Positions 49,073 to 61,284 of a DNA stretch of 64,000 nucleotides are shown in pieces; the stretch's first letter is position 1, and every line of letters starts with the position of its first letter. This DNA is from Lama glama (taxonomy: Eukaryota). Where the stretch lies: positions 99,822,001-99,886,000 of the forward strand of contig CM052817.1 in assembly GCA_028534125.1 (NCBI GenBank), read 5' to 3'. The translations under genes were made by a program, and so were the position numbers. The notes beneath the pieces are model-generated. The model was not told the DNA's origin and did no database searches. It saw only the letters and a list, made by a program, of their open reading frames with translations.

Positions 49073-49834
49073 TCATTTTTAAAGAAACTGTTCTCCAGAG
49101 TGGCGTACCACTTTACATTCCCATCAGCAATATATGAATGACCTAGTTTCTCTGCATCCTTGTCAACACTTAGCATTGTCATGGTTTTATTTTTGCTTAT
49201 TTTGATAGGTGTGTAGTGATACATCATTGTGGTTTTAATTTGTATTTCCCTAATCGTTAATAATGTTGAACATTTTTTCATGTGCTTATTTGCCTTTTGT
49301 GTATCCTCTTTGGTGAAATACCTGCTCCTGTCTTTTGCCCATTTTTTAATTAAATTACTTGAGGTTTTTTTTTTTTTTTTAACTGTTGAGTTTTTGAGTG
49401 TTCTTTAATATCCTAGAGACTAGTCCTTTGTCAGATATGTGGTTTGTGGATGTTTTTGCCAATCTTTAGTTTGTCTTTTTATTTTCTTCATATAGTCTTT
49501 TTTAGAGCAAAAGATTTTTAATTTTGATGAGTTTCAGTTTGTCAGTTTTTCCTTTTACGGATTGTGCCTTTGGTTTCAAGTCTCAGAATTCTTTGCCTAG
49601 CCAGCATGGACTTTTGACTTGTTCCTAGAGACCCTCTAATCCTGACTCTTCCCTTTCCAGGTTAGTAAGCAGAGGCATGTTTCTTAATCTCTCTCTTCCA
49701 TTGTCTCATTCATAAAATGGGGATAGGAGTAGAATTCACCTCTTAGGTTGTTGCCAAGGATTAAGCTGTTACGTGTAAAGTGTTTGGATCAAGACCTTGT
49801 CAACACTTAATGATTGTTGTTAATATTTACATCG

Positions 49835-50055
49835 GAGTGTGATCTCCACTCCTAGACCTACTGAATCAGAATCTGAAGGGTTAGGGCTCCAGGAATCTGC
49901 ATTACAGCAGGATTCCCACATGGTTCTTATGAAGGCTTATTTTGTTTTTCAGAGGAGGTACTGGGGATTGAACCCAGAACCTCGTGCATGCTAAGCACTT
50001 GCTTTACCTCTGAACTCTACCCGACCCACCAAGGCTTAAGTTTTTGAACAGTCAC
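49835..50055. mobile_element. MER5-type MITE split by a SINE
   Basis: 'cctagacctactgaatcagaatctg...ccaggaatctgcatt...ggttcttatg' before the SINE; 'agtttttgaaca' after it. Confidence 0.7.
49940..50030 (-). mobile_element. tRNA-derived SINE, Vic-1-like, with 8-bp TSD
   Basis: 'gaggtactggggattgaacccagaacctcgtgcatgctaagca' is the reverse complement of the SINE head at 6116; TSD 'aaggctta' at 49932-49939 and 50031-50038. Confidence 0.9.
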
Positions 50056-50989
50056 TTAGGCTGTCAGTCATTTCTGTTTCTCCATGGTAAGTGAATTCTC
50101 TGGTCTTCTTTAGGGATGTAGTTGGGGCTTCTGCCAAGACAAATGCCTTCTCCCTAAGAGCCCTTTTAGTGTTGCCAGAGACTCACCAGTGTTTCTGTGG
50201 AGTCAAGTTATGGTAGAAGTTTATATCCAGCTGATTCAGTGGCATACTTATTGGGGTCAGGCAGGTGTGAGCCATAGGGAGTGCTGGAGTCTGTGGTAAA
50301 CTGGAGCATGGATAGCAACCGTGCCTAAAGATCTCCAAATGAAGACAATAGTAATAAAAACATAAATCTGGTATGGATTCAGTTTTAACGGTGTTGCAAA
50401 GGTCTGGGGCAGTGTTTTTGTGGAGGTGTGAGTGATGTGGGAGACTCTGTTTGCCATCCTGGGTGTCAGTTTTCTTGTAAATAGGCGGCTCAAGGCCAGT
50501 ATTTTTTTTTTTTTAACTGGCTTGTCTACTACAGATTATCATCCAGTGCAAATACTGGAAATTAAACTCCGGAGATACCCTTAGGCCGTATAGATAGCAG
50601 CACATGCTTCCTTTCACAAAAAGAATGACTGGAGGACTTCTCCCACAAGGGATGCTGCAGAAAGACCGAGACGTCCCTCCCAGAGAGACTTCACTGAAGT
50701 TCCCTCTAAACTGACATGACTTTGCCTGGAGATATTGTTTTAAGCTAGAAGCCAGCCCTTAAAACCACCACTGGCTTCTTCTTGTAGGTAACAGGAGTTC
50801 TCTTCACCAACCTAAGTGGTTCCCCACATCACCAGTTCCTTCCGTTCTCTTTGGAGAGTGCACTGATTTCTCCACACCCTGCTGTCCGGTTGGCCAATTC
50901 CACGGTTCTCTCTCTCTCTCTCTCTCTCCGTCCAAACTTCTCCCACCGCTGAGTTGTGTGCATTGTTACAGTAATTATACACTTCCATC

Positions 50990-51430
50990 AAGTAACATAT
51001 AATCTGATGAAATACGTGAGTGAAAAGGAAGTTGTTTGTTTCTAGGAACCTGAGTTCTTTGCAAAGACTAAATAAAGGCAAGTCGCTGTAAGACATTGCT
51101 GTCAAACTGGATATGGAAGAGATAACTCTAAAAGACTGTGAAGATGTTGAAAATATGGAATGATTCTACACTTTGATTTACACTGAGATTTTTCCTCAGC
51201 TTCAAGTGGCCAAACTGGAAATTGTATATTAGACATCACGAGTGTGGTTTGTGCAAGGAAGACAGCGTTAAGCTTCAATCAGTAGGCCTGTACCTGTAGA
51301 AATAGCTCTGGCCTGTGTGAAAATGTTGGCAAATAAATTTGCTTTTTTATGGCTCATGATGAAGTAAGGTGTTTAAAATGTGTGTATATGTCATTGTTAG
51401 TGATTCCCTGCCTTAAATGACATTTTCTAT
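50990..51430 (+). mobile_element. Ancient Tigger/pogo transposase remnant (N-terminal HTH/CENP-B region)
   Basis: Manual translation from 51020 gives VKRKLFVSRNLSSLQRLNKGKSL*DIAVKLDMEEITLKD, and later RVWFVQGRQR*ASISRPVPVEIALA; both resemble TIGD/Jerky-type DNA-binding domains, with in-frame stops. Confidence 0.72.
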
Positions 51431-52365
51431 GAACCTGTGAACAAGCATGTCAGGTACTGTAGCTGTCCCACCCCACAGGGCTGTGTGCTGACCACTGAGG
51501 GGCTGGCTGAGATGGGTCCACAGTCAAGTTGGGGCTGCAGCCAAGTGAGGGAGAGAGTTCTCTTTTCAGAGAAAACAGTGCCCTAAAAGCAAATTATTTA
51601 TATGTATCTTTAAAAAACTCTTACTGAAATTTGAAATTTGGCTCTTTTATTTTATACCATAGCTCTATCTAGATTTCCAAATACTCAAATATCAGTAATT
51701 GTACATTTGGTAAAATCAACATTTTGTTTTCTTTTCCTGTGAAAAATTTCTCATAGGAATGATGCTTCTGATTTAATGTAAAGTGCTACAAAGTGATTCC
51801 TTTTTCAAGTTCAAGGGTATTCAGAATACAGCATAGCGGTAAAATTGGGTATAATAAATTATCCTTACTCCAGACATGAACTGATAACTTGTTTTCTGTA
51901 GGATCTTAGTGGTAAAAATAAGAAGTCTAGAAAATCAGAAATATCAACCACCTGCTTACATGACTGACTCTCTGCTGTGCTCCCACTGTACCCTCCGGGT
52001 GTGTCCTGCTTTCTCACACCAGGCAGGCTGCCCAGGTGCTCAGGTCAACTCAGCTGACCTGCGGCTCCAGGAGTGCCAGCCTCTGCGGCTCTCTGGGCCA
52101 GGGATCCTTCTAAGCAGTGATGTCGAAGGTAGAACAGGCAAGACAATTTAGATGAATAACTACTTAATTTTTTCCTTATATTGACTTTGGTCTGAGTCCA
52201 CGAGAGAGACACAGTTGAACAACACCTTCCTTGAAGAAGAAAATTTGCTTTTTGGGTACTCCCTAATGGGCACCAGGGAGGCAGCTGCCCTCATCATCTG
52301 CAGACTATTAGATGAAGCTACTGTTGTCTCTTTTTGTTTCTCTAGGTCATTTATCTCTTACCTTC

Positions 52366-52404
<39 letters not shown>

Positions 52405-53789
52405 ACACCGAACTGGTATTTAGACCTTCGCTTGCCGTCGCAGCCAAAGACTACAGAGAGATAATCACTTATAACCTGTGCCTGGGGTGGGCCCAGGAAT
52501 ATTTGTTGAATGAATGAATGACTTTGCCTTTGTTTCAACAGACATGGCTTGCATTTGCTGATAACTCCAAACGAAGACAGGCATTATCCATTAGGTTATT
52601 AAAGCATTAAGTTGAGGGTGGGAATGTTAATGCAGGCATAATGCAGACCAATTGCCTGGCCTGAGCTGGTAATTGGACTTCAGCCACAGCACAGACGTTT
52701 TTGCAGTCCTTTATGATTCTTCTTTTCCACCATGAGAGCTCATTCTTTTGAGGCTCATGTCTGTGTCATCACCATCCAATAATATTCATTAAGCTCCTAC
52801 ATGCTGAGTACCACCGGGTTCGTCCCTTTTAATGAGTGTGAACGTTTAAGTTGAAGGATAGGCTTTTATGCGACACCGCTTTGTCCTGGAAGGACTAATC
52901 TGTGAGTACATATGATTTTGGCTCGCTGTTTCCTCAGTTCAGTAAGCTAATTAGATTAATCACATATTTTTGTTGGCAGGCTCTGGCTGCCACTTTAAAA
53001 GAAGGGGTAAATCAGCTTGTCTTTGTGCGGGGAGATGTTATCAGACCTGGGCTCTTTGTCAGTATCAGCCATTAGTGGGTTCTCTATCTTGATTTTGTAA
53101 ATAGCCACTTCCTTTCCACAAAAGATGTTTAGGCTCTATGATTTCCTGCTTATCAGTTCTGTCACTTACTGTGGTACCCCTTTTCAGCCATCCTTGCTTA
53201 CATAGAATATAGTGTGTGATGCCTTTTTGTGTGCTACTATTGGTTAGTTTTTTTTAATGCTTTACAAATACATGAATAATCACACTAAACATTTCACAGA
53301 ATTTATAGCAATCAAAATAAAAGGGAATGTTCCTTGCCTGGCCCTCAATGGGTTGTGAGATCTGACAGGGTTCTCCTGCCTTTTTTTTTTTGGCTCCCAG
53401 GGTTGAGTGTTTGAGTTCTTTTCATTTTCCCTTCGAAGTGTTTCGATTGGCCGGCTCTCCTTCTCTCCGTGCTGTCACCTGGCTCAGTCCCTCACCGCCA
53501 CACCAGCTGCTTTGTCTGTTATCTCTCCATCTCTCAGCCTCTTTTAGCCTCCTTCCCTGGTTATCTGCCACACTCACTTCATCATATTCCTCTTTTGTCC
53601 GGTAACCAGAAGAGAGCAGATTTGCTCAGAAATCTTTACTAGCTCCCAACTGCCTAATGCCCTGGAGCTCAGCTCCCTGCCTGGCTTCCATGATCCAGTT
53701 CCATGCCCTATGTTGGGTTGGGCTGGTTCCTGAACTCTTGGAAAGTCGTCCTCTGCTCGGGGTCAGCTTGTTGACTGCTTCCTGCAGGA

Positions 53790-54000
53790 TGGTGCTGGGG
53801 TTAAGAGCGTGTGCACTGGGGTGGAATTAGCTTGGGATCGTATGCTGGTTCAGCCACTTATCTGGGGCAGCTAACCTCTCTGGGCCTCATATTTCTCATC
53901 TATAAATTGGGCATAATGATGGTCCTTCCCTCAGAGAGGTATGAAGTGTGAGTTGTGTATGCTTCTGACACGTAGTAAGAATTCAGCAAAAGGTTGAGCT
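53790..54000 (+). mobile_element. MIR SINE
   Basis: 'ggttaagagcgtg...taacctctctgggcctcatatttctcatctataaattgggcataat'. Confidence 0.75.
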
Positions 54001-54044
54001 ATTAATGTGTTATGCTTATGTGGTCTAAAACACTCTTCTAATAG

Positions 54045-54285
54045 TTACGTTAGTACTTATATAATGCTTCCTACGTGTCCAGCACTTGCTTACATGAATT
54101 TGTTTAATCCTCACAAGAACTCTATAAGGAAAGAATTGATACCAGTCCCATCTCACAGATGAGAAAACTGAGGCTGAGAGAGTTTGAGTGACTTGCCTAA
54201 GCTCACACGATTGGTAAGTGGCAGGGCTAGAATCTGAACCTAGGAAATCCAGCTCTAGAATTAGTGCTCTTAAGCACTGTTCTAT
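54045..54285 (-). mobile_element. MIR SINE (near full length)
   Basis: 'tttaatcctcacaagaactctataagg...cagatgagaaaactgaggctgagagagtttgagtgacttgcctaagctcacac...atctgaacctagg'. Confidence 0.88.
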
Positions 54286-54858
54286 AAACCTAAATTCTAC
54301 TTGTGAGCCCCCTCCAGGAATCTCTTTGACTACATACCCCATAGTGAAGCCTCTCTGTCTGAATCCCTAGTGCATGTAGTCAGCAGAATAAATTTGTAGT
54401 TCCTTAAATCCTCATTGTTTTCTATTTTCAGTATTGAATATATACTAAAAATTCCTTTGATTACAAAGTTATTGCATGCTAAAATGGAGAATCTGGCATA
54501 TGGAAACATCAAAGAAGAACATAAAATACACCTGGAGATAACTGCTATTCACATGTTATCTGTTCTCCTACTCTTATTTTTAAATATACATCTGCACATG
54601 ACAATATAGGACATATATACACAGTATACTTATGGTCATGCAATGGATATAATTTTGTATCCTGCCTTTCTTGCTTAACATTATAGTGTGAGCATTTGCT
54701 TGTGTCATTATATATTCTAGGTTACCATTATAATGAGTGCAAACAATTTAATTATTTACTATGTCTATGGTGGACATATTATTTACTCCCAATTTTTAAA
54801 TGACTAACAAATATTTCTACAATTAAATGGGTCACAGGACATGGCTTTAAAAAAGATT

Positions 54859-54892
54859 TCTGGTATGTAGGCAAAATTGCCTACATACCAGA
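54859..54892. repeat. Perfect inverted repeat, 16-bp arms with a 2-nt spacer
   Basis: tctggtatgtaggcaa-aa-ttgcctacataccaga. Confidence 0.97.
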
Positions 54893-56567
54893 TTGTGCCA
54901 ATTTATTTCTTCCACTGTAATAAAACAGTGTTTGATTGAAGCTGCAGGTGTTTCACTGTCCTTGTTGACTACTTGGTGACTGTTCTTGTTGACCAATGAC
55001 TTTTTGATTAGATAATGTGATAGATGATCTAGGGCAAGGATTATGGTTCAAATTGCACTGAACACAAAGTACTTTTAGTAATGAGCACATGGTGTTCCAT
55101 GAGTACTTACTTAGTTGATTTTTTGGTAGAGATGTGGTGAGCTTTGTAGAGTTCTAGGGTTTAGGAACTGGAGGAGGCTGTACAAACTATTTACTATAGC
55201 CCCATGTTTTGAAGATAAAGAAAGTGAAACACAGAGAGGTTAAGTAACTTGTCCAAGTTCATACAACTGGTTAGGAGCAGAATGAGTATTAGATTTCTGG
55301 TTTTCAGACTCATTGATTTTTCTCTATATGTCACACTGTTTTTCATTTACCTTAATGACACATCCAGCATCACTCCATCTGGCTTCTCAGACATGGCTGA
55401 CCAAATTTGGAGGTGCTGCTTATGACCATAGAACAAAGCAATCAATGCTTGCCTCTCTTTGGAACTCAGCTAAAGGATTCCAATTAGTCTTATCAGACAG
55501 TCCAGCTTTATCACCATTTCATTCCTCCTTTCCCTACTTAGAGCCTCCCAGGTGCCCGTGTTTAACTCAGGTGAAATGGAAGCTGTGTGAAGATGGGGAC
55601 CTGAAATGTGGCCTGTCCCTGGCAGACAGAGGCCTCAGACTCTGGGAGGTGGCTTAGCATGCTTTGTACTTGGAAATAGGCTTCCTTCAGGGATATGAGC
55701 TTTGGTGCTAGTTGCAGCATCTGGCTGGGTGGCCTTCCTTTTCTTCTTCCACGATGTTGAGAAAGGCTGTGCCATGGCATGGAGCTAATCCACGGACACC
55801 TGCTCAGCCTGACTGCACCATACTCCAGAAGCCAGCCCTGGAGCCTTCACCTGAGTGCAGCTTTCTTCCACAGGGTCGCAAGTGTGCAAGTCCTTACTGC
55901 CCTCATTCTTCGTGCATTTCTCTCAAGAGCACTTGGTTTCCCAGGAAAGTCTGGGTAGGATGGGTCACTCTTTCTATATATCAATATTGTAGGATAAAAT
56001 GCAAACACAATGAATTTTTGCAGTTCAAATCTTTTTTTTTTTGATATTGTGATGATTGAGCTATAAAAAGGCTAGCAGCTTCAAGGCTGGAAACACACGT
56101 TAAATTCATATCTCACTTTTATTGCCAATAATTTTGACTAAAATTACCAAGGTAAAATGTTTCCTTACTTTCTTAGTCTCAGAATAACCTACCTTTATCA
56201 CCCTGTTCTTAACAAAGAACAAAGAATGTTATTGAAATGATGGCAAGGATTATTTTGCTAGATTAAAATTTTCCTATAAAAATAATCAAAAAAGAAACCT
56301 GCTTTGAAAGCCTCTTGCCTTTGGGGAAAGGTGAATGTCTTAATGCTGTTTAATATGCTTCTGAATGAGAAGCTCAGAAAAGGAACTTTTTAAAGATGAT
56401 TGTGTCCCATTTATCTTTTAGAAATATGCTATGTTTTTTTTTTTTTCTTATCTCTTCTACAGTTTTGAAATCCCAGTCTATCCCTATGGTTTTTTAAACA
56501 TCGTTGAAATGACAGGTAAAAGTGGGCTTAAATTTTTGGCACAGCAACCTGTTTTCCCTTTCTTTTA

Positions 56568-56715
56568 CTTATTCATTTGTTTATTCATTAACTTACTCAA
56601 CAGATATTTCTTAAGGGCCTACTGTGTGATGTGCACTGTGTAAGGCATCGGGGGATATAGCAGTGAACAAATATAAACTTTGCTTTCATGGAGTTTAGAA
56701 AAGTCTGGTGGGCAA
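56568..56715 (-). mobile_element. L2 3' end
   Basis: 'ttcattaacttactcaacagatatttcttaagggcctactgtgtg...ggggatatagcagtgaacaa...tttcatggagtttaga'. Confidence 0.8.
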
Positions 56716-57025
56716 AAAGTCCAATGCTTCTGGCAAGCCTTCCTAGTAGTGGAGGCGTGTCAGCCGAGACCCGAGGAGTGAGAAGAAATCTTAAGACAAT
56801 GTCTACTATGAATAGATCTGGAGGTGCCTCGGGAAAGTGGGGACAGACATACAGCATGTTAACAAAGGAGGCCATGGAAATCCTCAGGTTTAACTGCAGA
56901 CTCTCTATCTCAGAAACAAAACCCATCTGCTGTTATTTCAGAACCTAAGTATTGTTTTTCCAGGTGGCCAGGCCTCCTTGGCCGGGGGAGGTTCGAAGTC
57001 TCAGGTTGCAGTCACAGTGGCATTC

Positions 57026-57535
57026 TTTTTTTTTTTAATTGAAGTATCTCAATTACAATGTGTCAATTTCTGGTGTACAGCACAATGTCCCAGTCATGCA
57101 TATACATACATATATTTGTTTTCATATTCTTTTTCATTGAAGGTTATTACAAGATATTGAACATAGTTCTCTGTGCTATTCTGAAGAAACATTTTTAAAA
57201 ATCTATTTTTATATACAGTGACTAACATTTGTAAATCTCAAACTCCCAAATTTATCCCTTTCACACCCTCTTTCCCCAGTAACCATAAGATTGTTTACTA
57301 TGTCTGTGAGTCTGTTACTGTTTTGTAGATGAGTTTATAATGTTCTTTTTCTTTTTTTGGATTCCACATAAGAGTGATATCATATGACATTTTTCTTTCT
57401 CTTTCTGGCTTACTTAGAACGATGATCTCTAGGTCCATCCATGTTGCTGCAAATGGCATTATTTTATTCTTTTTTTTTTTTTAAAGGCTGAATAGTATTG
57501 CATTGTATAAATATACCACAACTTCTTTATCCAGG
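57026..57535 (-). mobile_element. 5'-truncated camelid-type L1 3' end with ~15-bp TSD
   Basis: TSD 'cagtggcattctttt' (57015) / 'cagtgacattctttt' (57536); canonical L1 3'UTR between them. Confidence 0.93.
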
Positions 57536-58179
57536 CAGTGACATTCTTTTTGGTTCTCACTTTATCAACTCCAGCAGCTCCAGCTGCTCTGTGCCTGGCC
57601 AGTTGTTCCTTTAGTTTGAAAACCACATAGCATTTCTTTCTTTAGGTTGGCAGTTCTGATTGAAGTGGATTATTCCCACTCAGAAACCAGGAGAAGATAG
57701 TTGTGACATGCTTTGTGTAGTGATGCTATAGACTGGCTATATCTTGTCCCCTGAAGAGTTGTCATAAAGGGCTGCAAGCCATCGATTGGTTGCATTGTAT
57801 GTTGTGTGAGAAGGGGCAGGACTACCACAGATCCAGGGCTGGACATGCAGTAGAAAGAAGGGCTCTAGGAAGCAGTCAGTACGCACGTCTCCACTTTAGG
57901 GTGAAAACAGTGGCTCTCAGAGAAAAGGTCCCCTTTGGAGCAGGCCATGGACACACAGAAAGAAGCCTAAAAGTTCAAGATCATCTAGTTAATGTACTTT
58001 GAACTGTTAGACACTTTTCCCCCTCAACAAGATCTTCTGTGGAAATCTAGAATATAAATCTGATAAAAGCCATGAATTGACATCTTAGAGAATTTTAATA
58101 TTCATTCTTTTTAAATGCCTGAAACACTGCTTTTCCCAAAAGTTCCTAGGTCCTGGCAGGCACAGACTGAAAAATAGCT

Positions 58180-58420
58180 CATAGTAATAGCTCACTTTTA
58201 TTAGTGTTTACAGTGAGAGACACTGCCGAGCACTCACTTGCACAGTCGCGTCCAGTCTCCCTGGCAGCTCTGTGAGGTAGGCACCACTGTCATCATCTCT
58301 GCTTTACAGACTTAGAGATGTTTAAGGTCCTGCCCAAGGTCACACAGCTAGTAAGTGATGGGAGTTGGACTTGAACCTGGGTCTCCTGGACTCACCAGCC
58401 AAAGCCCTCAATCATCACGA
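58180..58420 (-). mobile_element. MIR SINE
   Basis: 'ctctgtgaggtaggcacc...ctgcccaaggtcacacagctagtaagtg...ggacttgaacctgggtct'. Confidence 0.85.
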
Positions 58421-59184
58421 CCTTTCTGAGGTCACATTTGTGGTCAGTGCCAGTGCCAGGATTGGGACCCAGGAATCCTGATCCCTGATCCAGTGTTCTT
58501 TGTGTGGACCGTAGTGACAGCTGCTTTGGAAATATCAGCTTGATAGTTCATATCTGAGCTAGTTTTCTGGAGAGACAGTTCCCTTAAAACAAAATGTGGT
58601 TATAGGACACATGTCCTTCTTTTCAAATGGCTGAAGACTAGTTTATTTGAAAGGGAGCGAGCACGTGTTGAAACAGAGGGAGAAAATCTCTCCTTCCTTT
58701 TCTCTCCACCCTTACTCTTTCTGCTGTTTTCAGGGAACTTGAAAAGTTTTAAAAGAGTTTATTTTTGAAAGAAAAAAGTTAGTAGCTGGGTTAATTTATT
58801 TGTCTTATTCTTTAGGCTGTTGGTATATGTGTATGTATTTAAAATTATTCAAATTGCCTACCAGTCTAACGTAACAGATAAGTGTTTTTAAAATGGTAAT
58901 CTAAGCACATAGAGTTAAAAACCACTTTTGGTGTTAATTTTTAATATTGGTTTAGGAATCATTCAGTGTTATAAAACACTGAATATTGGAAAACGTTGAT
59001 TTAAATAATTTAAGCAGCCTTGGTGTATTGTTTTTATTAGTTTGCCCAGCCAAAGTGATGTTCTTTCTCTGTTTGAAAGCTTGTGACATTTTAAAGAACT
59101 CTTATTTTTAAAAAAATCTTTTCTTCTAAGTGTCTTTCATAACCTTAGATAGGTAGGTAGTTTCTCAGAGCTGACTGGCAGTGG

Positions 59185-59591
59185 TGGTGTTTGCTGCAGG
59201 TCATCCTGGGCTGCAGACGCTGAGGTGAGATACTGCATGCAGGAGTTCTTTAGGATATGCTCTTTGAATCTATACTGTGGGGAGAGAAGGAGGCAGCACT
59301 GAGCAGAGAGAGATGGCAGAGGGCTGCAGTGAAGTCTCCACGAAGGCCTGGGCTGACCCTGCAGAGGGCTCTGGAGCTGTCCTGACTTGAGGGGCAAGGA
59401 GTCACATCCTCTCTTTATTCCGGCATGGGTGTGGGCTGCCTTCATGGGGAGGGTGTAATCTTAGACGAAGTGGCTGTCTTCAGCAGAGAGTGATTTCTAG
59501 AGAGGCTGACAGCTAACAGCACTCCTAGCAGCTGGGAGAATAAATCTCTCGGTCCTGGAGAGACTGGGTGGATGCCACAGCATCCAGTACA
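59185..59591 (-). mobile_element. LTR33-like (ERVL) solo LTR
   Basis: 'ctgggctgcagacgctgaggtgag...gggctctggagctg...gggtgtgggctgcc...' ending 'ccacagcatccagtaca'. Confidence 0.75.
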
Positions 59592-61284
59592 GTGCTGTTA
59601 ACCCTTCAAATTCAGTAAAAGGGTAGGAGAGTGTAGAGAGAGGGTCGTCAGATAATCTTTGTGTGATGAGTAGGGTTTTAAGATAGATGGGGAGTGGTAC
59701 AAGAAACAATCTGTCAACAAATCCAGTTTTCCTGTATGTGTGTGTATGTGTTAAGACAGTTTGATGCATAAGCCTGTAAAAACAGAACCACTGTTAAAAT
59801 ACAATTTACCTAATTCATGGTGTGATTTATTCTAGTATTAAATTCCAAATCTGGCTAAGTCACAGATTCTTAAATTGCTCACAGAGGAATATGCCTTGTG
59901 TTATAACTATCTGAGGAAAAGTCTAGGACCATGCTGCATGGGGAAGATGAGCATGGTTACAGAAATTTTATAAAACAAGGAGCCAAACTGCAGAATCAGA
60001 TCCACAGGGAGGATTTCATGTAAGAAATAATGACCTGAATTTTTATTTAAAATAGCGCATGATTTTATATTTCATAAACAATTACAGAAAAACACGTGCA
60101 GTTACATTTTAATTTGCTAATTTAAATTATATACAGAAAGTTACCATAGATATGTAACTGAATTTATGAGCTTTCCCCCACAATATTGATCAGTATCTAC
60201 CATATGAAAAGGAAAATACAGTAATATTTGGGATCAGCATTTTGGGTAATGCATCTTGCAATAGATTTGAACATCTCCACTCTCTTAGAACTAAAGTGAT
60301 GAATCAGGATATATTAAATGGCTCATGTTTGTGTTTTATTTCTTTTTTTAACTAATAGGATAATCAGTTTTATTAATCTTTCTAACATGCATTGGAATTG
60401 CTAACCAGTTGGATTTTATTTGTGTCGCTAGACCTTATGTAAGCAGGGAAATTTCACAGCATCTCCACTGGCTGAAGTTTTCTAGACTCTTGGATACGTA
60501 GTGTGACTAGCTGACTCGTGGTCCCAGCTTCTTCAAGCCACTGTTTTTTGCCTAGCCCCAAACTTTTAACCTCCCTGAAATTTGAATTTGTGATAGGTAC
60601 AAATTCTCTTTTGTGGAGCTTATGGTAAAACAAATAAACAAATGGAGATACTTCATTAGGGCCTGGAATGCAGGGAATCACATCATATTTTCATTTCATA
60701 TTTCTACCATGCTTCTCATTTGCTTAGGTGACCTGCTTCCCTGGGTCACCCTCAGATATATTCCTGTACTGTCATGGTATCAGTGAAGGAGCCTGGCCTT
60801 GGTGAAGCCCATCCCCATTCCCTCTCCTGACCACGGCTGCACATTTACTCTTCCTCCCTCCCATCTGGTCTTCCTAGTTCTCGCAGCCCTCCTGACTCAG
60901 CTTCTTGTTAATGCCACTATTCACTTTTCTCTAAGCTTCAGTTTCTTCATCTGTAAAATGAGTATGACATTCCCTGCCTCACTGGGTGGTTGTGAGAATT
61001 AAACAGGCAGTTTAATGTGGTGCCTGGCAAGGAGTACCCAATAAGTGGCATCCCTTCCCACTGGGGGCTATTACTGTTACCTGACATGACAGGACCCCAC
61101 CCCCACCCCCACCAGTAAGCCGCTTATTCCCTGAGGCCTGGGACTGGATTTTATTCACATGCTCAACATGGCATATCTTGGGCAGCAGACAATGCTTATT
61201 GAATCACCTATGAATAATATAAGATGTGATTCCCTACCCTCAAGGAGACTAGAGTCTGGTTCTGAAAGAACTATAATACAAAGC

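Larger units (their letters stand above)
47069..49605 (-). mobile_element. Old L1 (L1MC/MB-like) hosting two younger L1 insertions
   Basis: 3' end 'attgagataattgtaaattc...aagaaataatacagaga'; resumes after 49072 with 'ccagagtggcgtaccactttacattccc'. Confidence 0.85.

Noticed and set aside
53790..54285. Long dsRNA hairpin from inverted MIR pair
   Set aside because: The two MIRs are too diverged for extensive pairing, and this arrangement is common.
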